A DNA stretch of 63,533 nt, filler included, from Chiloscyllium plagiosum (GCF_004010195.1; 6 parts of one record of this genome joined end to end with filler, not necessarily neighbours in it); one strand, 5' to 3'; positions 11,750 through 24,613 are shown, counted from the first letter of the whole stretch. Numbers and translations: made by a program. The notes: generated by a model from the letters alone, not told the origin.

Positions 11750-14150
11750 CATAAGAACAAAGAAAATTTACAGCCCAGGAACAGACCCTTCAGCCCTCCA
11801 AGCCTAAGCTGATCCACAGCCACTGTCTAAACCTGTCGCCCAATTCCTAAGCATCTGTATCCCTCTGCTCCACACCTACTCATACATCTGTCCAGACGCA
11901 TCTTAAATGATTGGCAACGTGTTCCAGGCACCTACCACCCTCTGTGTAAAGTACTTGCCGTGTGTGTGTCCCTTCAACTTTCAACTCTCACCTTGAAAGC
12001 GTGACCTCTCATTATTGAATCTCTATCTACCCGGTCTGTACCCTTCATGATTTTGTGGACCTCAATCAGGTCCCCCCTCAATATCCTTTTTTCTAATGAA
12101 AACAATCTAACCTACTCAACCTCTCTTCCTAGCTCACACCTTCCATACCACGCAAAATCTTTGTAAACCTTCTCTGCACCCTCTCAAAAGCGTCCACATT
12201 CTCTTGGTAATGTGGCGACCAGAACTGTACACGGTATTTTAAATGCAGCCTAACCAATGTCTTGTACAATTTTAACATGACTTGCCAGCTCTTATACTCA
12301 ATACCCTGTCCAATGAAGGCAAGCATACTATATGCCTTCTTGACCACTCTATCCACCTGTGCAGCCACCTTCAGGGTACAATGGACCTAAACTCCCAGAT
12401 CTCTCCGCCCATCAACTTTTCCCGAGGCTCTTCCGTTTACTGTATAATTCGCTCTAGAATTAGACTTCCCAAAATGCATCACCTTGCATTTGCCTGGATT
12501 GAATTCCATCTGCCACTTCTTTGCCCAACTCTCCAGTCTATTTATATTCTCCTGTATTCTTTGACAGTCCCCTATGCTTTCTGCTACTCCACTAATCTTC
12601 GTGTCATCTGCAAACTTGCTGATCATACCAACAGTGCCCTCTTCCAGATCATTTATGTATATCACAAACAACAGTGGCCCCAGCACTGATCCCTGTGGAA
12701 CACCCCTGGTCACCTTTCTCCATTTCGAGAAATTCCGTTCAACTACTACTCTCTGTCTCCTGTTGCTCAACCAGTTCTTTATCCACCTAGCTAGAACACC
12801 CTGCACACCATGTGACTCCACTTTCTCCAATAGTTTATCGTGGGAAACCTTATCAATTGCCTTACTAAAGTCCATGTATCTGATATCTACAGGCTTTCCT
12901 TCATGTATCAACTTGGTCACTTCCTCATAGAACTCTATTAAGTTGGTAAGGCATGATCTCCCATGTTGCCTATCACTGATATGCCCATTCTTTTCCAAAT
13001 ATAAATAGATTTTATCCCTCAGTACCTTCTCCAGCAACTTTCCCACCACTGACGTCAGGCTCACTGGTCTGTAGTTACCCGGAATATCCCTACTCCCCTT
13101 CTTGTACAGGGGGACAACATGAGCAACGTTCCAATCCTCAGGTACCTCACCTGTGTTTAAGGATGCTACAAAGATATCTGTCAGGGCCCCAGATATTTCC
13201 TCTCTCACCTCCCTCAGCAACCTGGGATAGATCCCATCTGGGGAGAAAGTGAGGACTGCAGATGCTGGAGATCAGAGCTGAAAATGTGTTGCTGGAAAAG
13301 CGCAGCAGGTCAGGCAGCATCCAAGGAACAGGAGAATCGACGTTTCGGGCATAAGCCCGAAGAAGGCTTATTCCTGAAAAAGGGCTTATGCCCGAAACGT
13401 CGATTCTCCTGTTCCTTAGATGCTGCCTGACCTGCTGCACTTTTCCAGCAACACATTTTCAGCTCTGATCTCCAGCATCTGCAGTCCTCACTTTCTCCCC
13501 AGAGTAATCAAACTTCTATGTCTAATCTCAACATTCATCATGTACCTCTCAGTGAACACTGATGCAAAGTAATCATTCAGAATCTCACCCATTTTCTCAG
13601 GTTCGACACGTAGCCTTCCTTCCTCATCCTTTAGTGGACCAATCTTTTCTATAGTTACCTGCTTGCTTCTTATATAACGTTTTGGGATTCTCTTTAATTC
13701 TGCTCACTAAAGCTATTGCATGATCTCTTCTAGCCGCCTTGATTCCTCATTTAAGATTGTTCTTACTTTCCTGATGTTCCTCCAGGGCCCATTCTGTTCT
13801 TAGCTGCCTGGATCTTATGTGCGCTTCCCTTTTCTTCTTCGCTAGTCGTACAATTTCTCCTGTCATCCACAGCTCACGAATCTTGTCTTTCCTATCCTTT
13901 ACTTTCAACGGAACATGCCTATCCTGCACTATCTTTAACCTATCTTTGAAAGCCTCCCACATATCAAATGTGAACTTCCCTTCAAATAGCTGTGTCCAAT
14001 CCACATTCCCCAGTTCCTGCCTAATTTTGATATAATTGGCCTTGGCCCAGTTTAGTACTCTTCCCTTAGGACCACTCTCTTCTTTATCTACGAGTATTCT
14101 AAAACTTACAGAATTGTGGTCACTGTTCCCAAAGAAATCGCTCACCGCAA
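11750..14150 (-). mobile_element. CR1/HER1 LINE, long ORF2 fragment interrupted by a PLE foldback
   Basis: ORF 12387..13220 (277 aa: [24 protein letters not shown]), ORF 13747..14145 (SDHN endonuclease end) and ORF 12129..12368. The 3' tail is at about 11755. Confidence 0.93.
13240..13500. mobile_element. Near-perfect PLE family 1 palindrome (MITE-like)
   Basis: ggggagaaagtgaggactgcagatgc... and ...gcatctgcagtcctcactttctcccc form inverted arms of about 120 bp that meet at the hammerhead region. Confidence 0.85.
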
Positions 14151-14307
14151 TAATTATTAAACTTCCATCAGATCAACCCTCATCCTTCCACATTCAAGTG
14201 AAAACAAACCAAGTTTGTCCATTCTATCTTCATAGCTAATACCCTCCAAACCTAGTCAATGACTTCTGTACCCTCTCCAAGCCTCCACATCCTTCTGGTA
14301 GTGTAGT

Positions 14308-14338
<31 letters not shown>

Positions 14339-14436
14339 TGTGACAAACTGAAGCTCTACACAGCTGCAACATGACTTGCCAATTTTATACTCTATGCCCT
14401 GAAGGTTAGCATGCAAATGCCTTCTCGACCAGCTTC

Positions 14437-14757
14437 ATAGAATTCCTACAGTGTGGAAGGCCATTTGACCCATTGAGTCCACAACAACACTCTGAAGAGA
14501 GCATCCCACCCAGTCCCAACCCCTTACCCTTTCCCTAGGCTACACATTCGTGGACACGATTCGCAATTTGCATGGCTGATCCACCGAACCTGCACATCTT
14601 TGGACTATGGGAGGAAACCAGAGCACCCATAGGAAACCCATGCAGATACAGGGAGAATATGCAAATTCGATGCGCACAGTCGCCTGAGGTGGAATTGAAC
14701 CTGAGTCCCTGGCACTATCAGCAGCAGTGCTAACCACTGAGTCACCGTGCCACCCCA
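14437..14757 (-). mobile_element. HE1-type SINE nested in a minus-strand CR1 fragment (about 14190-14945)
   Basis: Minus-strand head gggtggcacggtgactcagtggttagcactgctgc and the SINE core. Confidence 0.88.
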
Positions 14758-15159
14758 AGCTTATCCAATTGTGTTGCCACTTTCAGGGAACTGTGGACAT
14801 GTATGCCCAGTTCCCTTCATAAGTTGATGTGATTAAGGTTTCTGCCATTGACTGAATATTTCCCTTCTGCATTTGTTCTCCCAAAATGCATCTCCTCACT
14901 TTTGTCTGCATTAAGCTGTCTCTGCCATTTCTCTGCCCAAGTCATTTTAGATGAGGTAAAAGAAGTGGAGGAGTTGCATTATTTTGCATTATTAAATCAG
15001 AGAATGTTACATCTTAGACAGGATGTACTGCAGGGCTTATCTACTGAGGCAATATGGGTAGAGCTCAAAAATAAGATGGTGCAATCACTCTGATGGGTAT
15101 ATACTATTGACCACTCCCTAAAGCCGCTGAGGTATTGAGGAACAAATATGTAAACATAT

Positions 15160-17200
15160 TATTTGATTTGATCGGATTTATTGTCACGTATATGTAAGTA
15201 CAGCAAAACGCAGTACAGACAAATAATAGGAAGCAAGGACATACAGATCACAGGTGAAAAAATGACTTGGACAGAGGCATACAGATTACATCGCACAGGA
15301 CGAGTGCTAGATCAGAGCACCAGTAGCAAAATCAGCATTATTTGAAGTTAGAGATTCATTCATCAGTCTAATAACAGCAGGGAAGAAGCTATTCTTGAAC
15401 CTGCTGGTGCGTGTATTCAAGGTTCTGTATCTTCTGCCTGATGGTTGTAGGAGAGTATTACTGGGGCGGGATAGGTCTTTGATTATGTTAGTAGCCTTTC
15501 CGCATCAACAAGCCTGGCAAATGGAGTCCATGGATGGAAGTTTGGCTTTCGTGATGGAGTGGGCTGTGCACACAACCTTCTGTAGTTTCTCACGGTCCTG
15601 GGCGGAGCAGTTGCCATACCAGCCTGTTATACACCCCAACACTATGCTTTCAATGGTGCATCAATAAAAGTTGGTGAGGGTCCTTGTGGACATGCCAAAT
15701 TTTCTGAGCCGCCTGAGGAAGAAGAGATGTTGTTATACCTCTTGACCATCGCATCTATGTTATCGGTTATCGTCACTCCTTGGAAGTTAACACTCCAAAC
15801 CCTCTTAAAGTCAGGTCTAGCTCCATAAAGGGCACTTATTTTTCTCCTTTCTTTCTAAAGATGAGGTTTTTTTCCCTGGTGTGTGGGAGTCCAGAACTCG
15901 AGGGCATAGGTTTAAGGTGAGAGGAAAAAGATTTAAAAGGGTCTTAAAAGGCAAGTTTTTCACACAGAGGGAGGTACGTGTATGGAATGAGCTGCCAGAG
16001 GAAGTGGTAGAGGCTGGTACAATTACAATATTTAAAAGGCATCTGGATGGGTATATAATTAGAAATGGGCCAAGTGCTGGTAAATGGGACCCAGATTAAT
16101 TTAGGACATCTGGTCAGCATGGAAGAGTTGGATTGAAAGATCCCTTTCCGTGCTGTACATCTCTATGATTCTAAGTCAATAATCAGTTCTTCAGTTTTGG
16201 CGATGTTGAGGGAGAAGTTGTTATCATTGCGCCAAGTCACCAAGACCTCTATCTCCTTTCTATATTCTGACTCGTCATTGTTTGACATCCAACCTACCAT
16301 GGTGGTGTCATCAGCAAACTTATGGCATTCATTTGGAATTTGTGGGTGTACAGGGAGTATCGTAGGGGGCTGAGGACGCATCCTTGGGAGGCTGCAGTGT
16401 TGAATGTTATCATGGGGGATGTGCAGTTTTCTGTTTTCAATGATTGTGATCTGTGGGTCAGAAATCTGAGGATCCAGTTGCAGAAGGGGGAGCTGAGACC
16501 TAGGTTTCAGAGTTTGAGATCAGTCTGGAGGGAGATAATGGTGTTAAAGGCGGACCTGTAGTCAATCAGCAGGAATCTGATGTAGCTATCCTTTTGTTCA
16601 GATCTCCCAGGGATGAGTGCAGGGCGAGGGAAATGGTGTCCGCTGTGGACCTGTTATATCGGTAGGCAAATTGCAGGTGATTGAGGCAGGCTGGGAGACT
16701 AGAGTTGATGTGGACCATGACCGACATCTCGATGCACTTCATCATTATGGAGATCCAAGCCACTGGGGGGTAGTCATTAAGGTACATTGCATGTGCTTTC
16801 TTTGATACTGGGACAATGGTGGTTGTTTTTGAAGCAGGTGGGGACTACGGCTTGTAGAAGAGAGAGGTTGAAGATATCAGTCAATATCTCTGCCAGCTGG
16901 TCCACACAGGATCTCAGCATTTGGTTGGGGACTCAGTTCAGGCTCATTGCTTTCCGTGTGTTGGCTCCCAAGAAAATGGATCTGATGTCCGCAGCAGTGA
17001 CAGTGGGCACAGATGCATCTGTGGCTGACATTCTGCTTGAAAGGAGTATAGAAAGCATTGAGAGCATTAGGGAGAGATGTTTCTTTGTCTGCTATCTTGC
17101 ATTGCTTCATTTTGTGTCCCATAATGTTGTTTAAGCCTTGCCACAGGCAGTGTGAGTAGATATGGTCAGTTTGGACCTCTTACTTGATCCAGTACTGCCA
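15160..17200 (-). mobile_element. Rex1/Babar-clade LINE remnant, interrupted by a plus-strand CR1 3' fragment (about 15860-16170)
   Basis: HLQFAYRYNRSTADTISLALH (ORF 16566..16787), KFADDTTMVG and LNIAKTEELIID (ORF 16163..16381), LPNALNAFY, and an (atttg)n-type tail near 15160. Confidence 0.8.
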
Positions 17201-17860
17201 ATGGAAAGATGCAGTAAAAACAGAGTTGTCAGAGTGGGTGACTTTAAGTTCCCAATCTTAACTAGAACTTCATTCGAGCAAGACACTTAGACAGGGCAGA
17301 ATCCAAGAGGATTTCTTGAACCAGTATGTGGATAGTCCATGGAAAGGAAGGGCCATAGTAGACCTTGTACAAATGAGCCGAGCCACGTGACTAACCATTC
17401 AGTGGAACAACATTTAAAACATCCATCACAACTCCTTAAGTTTTAAGATAGCTTTGAATAAAGATAAATCAGGATCTTGTGAAAAGGTAATAAATTAGGA
17501 TAGGGCAAATTCCACCAGTATTAGGCAGGAACTAGGGAGTGTTAATTGGGAAGAGCTGTTATCAGGCAAGTCCATATGTGACATGTAGGAATTGTTTGAA
17601 GATCTGATGAGAATTCAGGTCTGGCATGTTCCAGTAAGGAGAAAGGACAAGGATGACAAAGTAAGGGACCCTAGGATAATGAGGGAGATTGTGAGTTTAT
17701 TTAAAAGGGAAAAAAAAGTATACTTAAGGCTGAGTAAGCTAAAATCAGACCAGGCCCATGAGGAATATAAAGAAAGCAGGAAAGAACTCAAGCAGGAATT
17801 AGGAGAGCGAGAAGGGGCCATAAAATGACCTTGGCAAGTAGGGTTAAAGAGAACCACAAG
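17200..17860 (+). mobile_element. CR1/HER1 ORF2 endonuclease-to-linker fragment
   Basis: GDF motif at about 17237 and ORF 17592..17828, which resembles the other CR1 linker regions in the window. Confidence 0.75.
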
Positions 17861-17861
17861 A

Positions 17862-19800
17862 TATAGATGTACAGCATGGAAATAGACCATTCGGTCCAAC
17901 TCATTTATGCCGACCAGATATCCCAAACTGATTTAGTCCCACCTGCCAGCACCCGGCCCCCTAGCCCTTCAAATAGTTCCTATTCATGTGTCCATCCAGA
18001 TGTCTTTTAAATGTTGCAATTGTACTTGCCTCCACCACTTTTTCTGGCAGTTCATTCCATAAATTACCACCCTTTGCGTGAAAAGGTTGCCCCTAAAGTC
18101 TCTTTTATATCTTTCCTGTCTCACCCTAAAACTACACCCTATAGTTCTGGACTCACCCACCACAGGGAAAAGACTTAGTCTATTTATCCTATCCATGGTT
18201 TTATAAACCTCTATAGGTCACCCCTCAGCCTTCGACACTCCAGGGAAAACAGCCCCAGCCTATTCAACCTCCCCCATAGCTCAAATCCCCCTATCCTGGC
18301 AACATGCCTGTAAATCTTTTCTGAACCCTTTCAAGTTTCACAACATCTTTCCGATAGGAAGGAGACCAGAATTGCATGCAATATTCCAACAGTGGCCTAA
18401 CCAATGTCCTGTAGAGCTGCAATATGACCTCCCAACTCCTGTACTCAATACTCTGACCAATAAAGGAAAGCATACCAAACACCTTCCTCACTATCCTATC
18501 TTCCTGTGCTTCCACTTTCAAGGAGGTATGAACCTGCACTCCAAGGTCTCCTTGTTCAGCAAGGACCTTACCATTAAGTGTATAAGTCCTGCTAAGATTT
18601 GCTTTCCCACAATGCAGCACCTCACGTTTATCTAAATTAAACTCCTTCTGCCACTTCTCAGCCCGTTGGCCCATCTGATCAAGTGCTCACATCCATATCA
18701 TTTATATAAATGATGAAAAGTAGTGGACCCAGCACTGATCCTTGTGGCACTCCACTGATCACAGGCCTCCAGTCTGAAAAACAACCCTCCACCACCACCC
18801 TCTGTCTTCTACCCTTGAGCCAGTTCTGTATCCAAATGGCTAGTTCTCCCTGTATTCCGATCAAACCTTGCTAACCAGTTTCCCATGGGGAACCTTGTCA
18901 AACGCCTTACTGAATTCCATATGGATCACATCTACCGCTCTGCCCTCATCAATCCTCATCAATGGAGAAATCTAGATGAATGCAGATTTCTCCAGCTTCC
19001 TCATTTCCCTTCCCCCCACCTTATCTCAGTCCCAACCCTCGGACTCAGCACCCCCTTCCTGACCTGCAATCTTCTTCCCGAACCTCTCCATCCCCACCCC
19101 CTCTCCGGCCTATCACCCTCACCTTAATCTCCTTCCACTTATCACATTCCCAATGCCCCTCCCCCAAGTCCCTCCTTCCTACTTTTTATCTTAGCCTGCT
19201 TGGCACACCTTCCTCATTCCTGAAGAAGGGCTTATGCCCGAAACGGCGATTCTCTTCCTCCTTGGATGCTGCCTGACCTGCTCGCTTTTCCAGCAACACA
19301 TTCTTCAGCTTACATCTGATCAGATCCTGGGGATTTATCCGCTTTTGTGTTTCAAAACATCCAGCACTTCGTCTTCTGTAATGTGGACATTTTTCAAGAT
19401 GTCACCATCTATTTCCCTACATTCTATATCTGCCATGTCATTTTCCACAATAAACACTGAAGCAAAATACTAGCTTAGTATCTTCTCCCATCTCCTGCAC
19501 CTCTCCACAAAGACAACCTTGCTGATCTTTGAGGCCTTGTTCTCTCCCTAGTTACCTTTTTGTCCTTAATGTATTTGTAAAAACCTTTTGGATTCTCCTT
19601 AACTCAAATTACCAAAGTTATCTCCTGTCCCCTTTTTACCTTCCTGATTTTCTTCTTAAGTATTCTCCTACTGCTTTATACTCTTCTAATGACTAATTTG
19701 ATCTATCTTGTCTATACCGGACATGTGCTTCCTTTTTCTTAACCAAACCTTCAATTTCTTTATTCATCCAGCATTCCCTACTCCTACCATTCTATACATA
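17862..19800 (-). mobile_element. CR1/HER1 LINE with a PLE family 1 3' end inserted at about 18960-19310
   Basis: ORFs 18679..18864 ([10 protein letters not shown]), 18291..18674 and 17984..18196. The PLE end has ctgaagaagggcttatgcccgaaac starting at 19220. Confidence 0.88.
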
Positions 19801-20049
19801 AATTACGAACAACAGGATGAGTAGCAAGAAGATAGAATCACTCAAGGGTAAAGCAGGGAACTTGTGCTTGAGATTAAGAAAGAAGTGATGTTGGGTCACT
19901 TGGAGAGCCTTCAGGTGGATAGGTCTCTAGGGCCCGATTGTATCGACCCCACGTCTTGAGAGAGCGGCAACTGAGGAGATTACTGAGCCCTCGACCAACA
20001 TATATTTACAAGTAGTTCTCCTGTAATGCATGTTTCTTGAATACTGGCT

Positions 20050-20265
20050 GTAACACGACTTGCGAATTGCAGACTTTTTAAAAAATAAAGCAAACTCTCC
20101 TTTGCTATTACGCGATTTCATTCCCGGCACTAGGTACTGTGGTGCATGGAGGACTACACTGTCCCTTGGCATCACATGATCAGTCGGTTCACGCGCTTTG
20201 TGGTGAAGAGCTTCGTGAAAGGTGCTGTCGTCAGCAATTTTAAATTGTGAAACTTACTGTACTTT
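20050..20265. promoter_or_regulatory. Possible promoter-like CpG-retaining segment
   Basis: Non-repetitive sequence with clustered CpGs in a CpG-depleted background. Contains GGACTACACTGTCCC (20151-20165, ZNF143/SBS-like) next to TCACATGA (E-box, 20172-20179). Confidence 0.3.
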
Positions 20266-20267
20266 TT

Positions 20268-20608
20268 CATAGAACATAGAAGAATACAGCGCAGTACAGG
20301 CCCTTCGGCCCTCGATGTTGCGCCGATCCAAGCCCCACCTAACCTACACTAGCCCACTATCCTCCATATGCCTATCCAATGCCCGCTTAAATGCCCATAA
20401 TGAGGGAGAATCCACAACTGCTACTGGCAGGGTATTCCATGAACTCACGACTCGCTGAGTAAAGAACCTACCCCTAACATCTGTCCTATACCTACCCCCC
20501 CTTAATTTAAAGCTATGCCCCCTTGTAATAGCTGACTCCATACGTGGAAAAAGATTCTCACTGTCGACCCTATCTAAACCCCTAATCATCTTATACACCT
20601 CTATCAAG
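20268..20608 (-). mobile_element. Young 5'-truncated CR1/HER1 LINE 3' end
   Basis: ORF 20344..20607 is intact and nearly identical to the copy at 57800-58270. Confidence 0.92.
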
Positions 20609-21105
20609 AGGAGATGGAGACTGTGTGAGGAGATGGAGACTGTGCGAGCTGATGGAGAGTGTGCGAGGAGATGAAGTCTGTGTGAGGTGATGGAGTCTGT
20701 GCGAGGTAATGGAGACTGTGCAAGCTAATGGAGTCTGTGCGAGGTGATCGAGTCTGTGCGAGGTGATCGAGTCTGTGCGAGGTGATCGAGTCTGTGCGAG
20801 GTGATCGAGTCTGTGCGAGGTGATCGAGTCTGTGCGAGGTGATCGAGTCTGTGCGAGGTGATCGAGTCTGTGCGAGGTGATCGAGTCTGTGCGAGGTGAT
20901 CGAGTCTGTGCGAGGTGATCGAGTCTGTGCGAGGTGATCGAGTCTGTGCGAGGTGATCGAGTCTGTGCGAGGTGATCGAGTCTGTGCGAGGTGATCGAGT
21001 CTGTGCGAGGTGATCGAGTCTGTGCGAGGTGATCGAGTCTGTGCGAGGTGATCGAGTCTGTGCGAGGTGATCGAGTCTGTGCGAGGTGATCGAGTCTGTG
21101 CGAGG
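20609..21105 (+). repeat. 19-bp minisatellite (GAGGTGATCGAGTCTGTGC)n
   Basis: About 19.7 perfect copies at 20731-21105, preceded by 6-7 degenerate copies. The array runs into the gap. Confidence 0.97.
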
Positions 21106-21205
21106 NNNNNNNNNNNNNNNNNNNNNNNNNNNNNNNNNNNNNNNNNNNNTTAATTAATTAANNNNNNNNNNNNNNNNNNNNNNNNNNNNNNNNNNNNNNN
21201 NNNNN
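21106..21205. other. Artificial contig spacer N44-TTAATTAATTAA-N44
   Basis: The same 100-bp structure occurs at five places. The linker (21150-21161) gives TAA stops in all six frames. Confidence 0.97.
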
Positions 21206-21814
21206 TAGGAAGGGTTTGGAGGGATGTGGGCCGGGTGCTGGCAGGTGGGACTAGATTGGGTTGGGATATCTGATCGGCATGGACGGATTGGACCGAAGGG
21301 TCTGTTTCCATGCTGTACATCTCTATGACTCTATGTGAACAATACACTAGCTCTGACTGGCCAGCTCCAAGCCAGTCCCTAGACTGAGGAGAACTTCGAA
21401 AACTCCTATTTGTATCTCGGATGAAGGGCTTATGCCCAACACATTGACTTTCCTGCTCCTTGGATGCTACCTGACCTGATGTACCTTTCCAGCGCCACAC
21501 TTTTCAACTCGTATTTATGTCTCTTAGCCAGGGCTCCACCTAGCTCTGGTTCCAACCACAACACCTCACTAACAAGAACCTATCTACCTGGATCTCAAAT
21601 GCACTCAATAATTTGGCCTCCACAGCCTTTTGTGGCAATGAATTTCACAGATGAAAAAGGATGATCTGTTGGTAGTGTCCTGTGTTTGTCTACTGAGGAA
21701 GTTGTTGCAGTTTTTCACTGTGGCTGAAGAAATTCCTCCTTATCCCTTCACTCTGAGGCAGTGTGCTCAGTACCCAACCTGTCCTACTCATGGAAACATC
21801 TTCACCACTTCTAC

Positions 21815-22140
21815 CAGGTGGCACAGTGGCTCAGTGATTAGCATTGCTGCCTCACAGCACAAGGGACCTGGGTTTGATTCCAAGATAGGGTGACTGCGTA
21901 TGTGGAGTTTGCGTGTTCTTATTGTTTCTATGTGGATTTCCACTGGGTGCTCTGAGTTCATCCCATAGTCCAAAGATTGGTGTGTCCAGGAATGTGGCTA
22001 GGTGTGTTTGCCATGGTAAAATGCGCAGCCACTGGAATAAAATGGAGTTGTGTGTCTTGACGGGATGCTCTTCAGAGGGTCAGCATAGACTCAGTGGGCC
22101 AAATGGCCTCTACCTGCACTGTTTGATTTTTATGATTCTG
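21815..22140 (+). mobile_element. Diverged HE1-type SINE
   Basis: ggtggcacagtggctcagtgattagcattgctgcctcacagc head, core, and gggccaaatggcct tail. Confidence 0.8.
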
Positions 22141-22199
22141 TGACACTATTCAGGCCTTTCAGTGATCTGGAAGTTTCAATCAGATTCTGCCCTCCTCTT

Positions 22200-24613
22200 C
22201 CTTCTCTTCTGACCAGATACATCAATGACATTTCCTTCCCTTGGACTGATAGTGAGGAATCACTGACTTGACTACATAACAATATCAACAAGCTTCATTC
22301 CACCATCAGACTAACCATGACCTACCCTTCAGAATCAGTCTCATTGTTGGATACACATCTCCATCAAGGATGGATTCCTCAGTACCTCACTCTGCCACAA
22401 ATCCATGGATAATCTCACAATACTGCATTTCTCTAGCTTCCACCATAACATGTTGAAGAGGTCATCTCCTGTGGACAAGCCCTGTGCATAGACAGTATCT
22501 GCCCAGCTGAGGAAAAGTGCAACAGACACCTAAACATGCTGAAAGATACCCTCATAAGAACAGGATATGATGTTCAACTCATCGATCGTCAGTTTCGACT
22601 TGCCACAGCAAAGAACTGCAGCAACCTCTTCAGAAGACAAACACAGGACACTAACGATAGATTATCCTTTGTCATCTAGTACTTCCCTGGAGCAGAGAAA
22701 CTACCCCATGTTCTTTGCAGCCTTCAACAGAGCCATAGTGATATACAGCATGGAAACAGGCCCTTTGGTTCAATCCATCCATTCCAACCAGATATCTCAA
22801 ATCAATCTAGTCCAATTTGCCAGCACTTGGCCTATATCCCTCTAAACCCTTCCTATTCATATACCCATCCAGATACCTTTTAAATGTTGTAATTGTACCA
22901 GCCTCCACCTCTTCTCTGGCAGCTCATTCCATACACGTACCACCCTCTATGTGAAAAAGTTGCCCCTTAGGTCTCTTTTATATCTTTCCCCTCTTACCCT
23001 AAACCTATGCCCTCTAGTTCTGGACTCCCCAACCCTAGGGAAAAGTCCTTGTCTATTTACCCAGTCCATGACTTCATGATTTTATAAACATGTCATCAAT
23101 GATGATGGACGTCTTGCCAAGATCATTCCTCTGCCCCCACTTCTCACCTTCAAACAACCATCAAACCTTAAACAGACCATTTCTCAGCATATTACCCAGC
23201 CTTCAGGACAACATCAACCGCAGCACCACACAATCTTGCCACGGTAACCTCTGCAAGACATGCCAGATCATCGATGTGGATACGACCATCACACATGAGA
23301 ACACCCACTGTGTACACAGCAGATACTCATGTGACTCAGCCAATGTTGTCTACCTCATATGCTGTAAAATGTGCAGCCACTGGGATAAAGTGGAGTTGTG
23401 TGTCTTGACAGGATGCTCTTCAGAGGGTCAGCATAGACTCAATGGGCCAAATGGCCTCGACCTGCACTGTTTGGTTTTATGATTCTGTGACAGTATTCAG
23501 GCCTTTCAATGATCTGGAAGTTTCAATCAGATTCTGCCCTCCTCTTCCTCCTCTTCTGACCAGATACATCAATGACATTTCCTTCCCTTAGACTGATGGC
23601 GAGGAATCACTGAATTGACTACATAACAATATCAACAAGCTTCATTCCACCATCAGACTAACCATGAACTACTCTTCAGAATCAGTCTCATTGTTGGACA
23701 CACGCATCTCTATCAAGAATGGACTCCTCAGTACCAAACATGCCACAAATCCGTGGATAATCTCACAATGCTAGCATGGTATATTGGCGAGACCATGCAG
23801 AGACTACAACAATAGATGAATCGCTAGACAAGAATATTCCCTCCCAGTCAGGGAACACTTCAGTGGTCAAGGAATTCAGCCTCCTATCTTCGGGTAAGTG
23901 TCCTCCAAGGCAGACTTCAAGGTACGCAACAATGCAGAATCGCTATGGGCAGCACGGTGACACAGTGGTTAGCACTGCTGCCTCACAGCACCAAAAACCC
24001 GAGTTCAATTCCCGCCTCAGGCAACAGTCTGTGTGGAGTTTGCACATTCTCCCCGTATCTGCATGGGTTTCCTCCGGGTGCTCTGGTTTCCTCCCACAGT
24101 CCAAAAATGTGCAGGTTAGATGAATTGGCCATGCTAAATTGTCCATAGTGTTAGGTGAAGGGGTAAATGTAGGGGAATGGGTCTGGGTGGGTTGCTCTTC
24201 GGAGGGACGGTGTGGACTTGTTGGGCCGAAGGGCCTGTTTCCACACTGTAATCTAATCTAATCTAGAAACTGGTAGCCAAGTTCTGTATCCATGAAGATG
24301 GCCTTGAACATGATCTTGCATATGACCCTACCATACTGTTCTGTTTCTGTAAAATCTTCCTTACTGTCCTGTTTTGACATCACCTTAATAACTTGTTATG
24401 ATATCTTGAGCTCAATTAATCTGTACAGTTTTGCCATTTGGTTTGTCTCCAGCACCAGTTTATTTTTAATTTTTTGCAATTATCTCTGCCTCAATTCGGG
24501 CTCCAGCCCGAAACATCGATTCTCCTGCTCCTCAGATGCTGCCTGACCTACTGTGCTTTTCCAGCAACACACTCTGAACTCTGATCTCCAGCATCTGCAG
24601 ACCTCACTTTCTT
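22200..24613 (+). mobile_element. Decayed Penelope-like element (RT C-terminus, GIY-YIG endonuclease, 3' region) with nested insertions
   Basis: RYINDI (decayed YIDD), FHSTIRLTM and SVSLLD; then CHGNLCKTCQII...CDSANVVYLICC and AWYIGETMQRL (GIY-YIG). Interrupted by a CR1 piece (about 22730-23088), a 409-bp duplication and a SINE. Confidence 0.82.
23947..24264 (+). mobile_element. HE1-type SINE
   Basis: gggcagcacggtgacacagtggttagcactgctgcc head and an (aatct)n tail. Confidence 0.93.

Noticed and set aside
20609..21105. CRISPR-like array
   Set aside because: The units are head-to-tail with no unique spacers, there are no cas genes, and the context is vertebrate.
21150..21161. TTAATTAATTAA as a biological motif (piggyBac TTAA target or homeobox site)
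   Set aside because: It is always centred in exactly 44+44 Ns, so it is an artificial linker.
23947..24020. tRNA genes at SINE heads (also about 8185, 14757, 45763 and 60862)
   Set aside because: A and B boxes are present, but each head runs directly into the HE1 SINE core and tail, so these are SINEs rather than tRNA genes.
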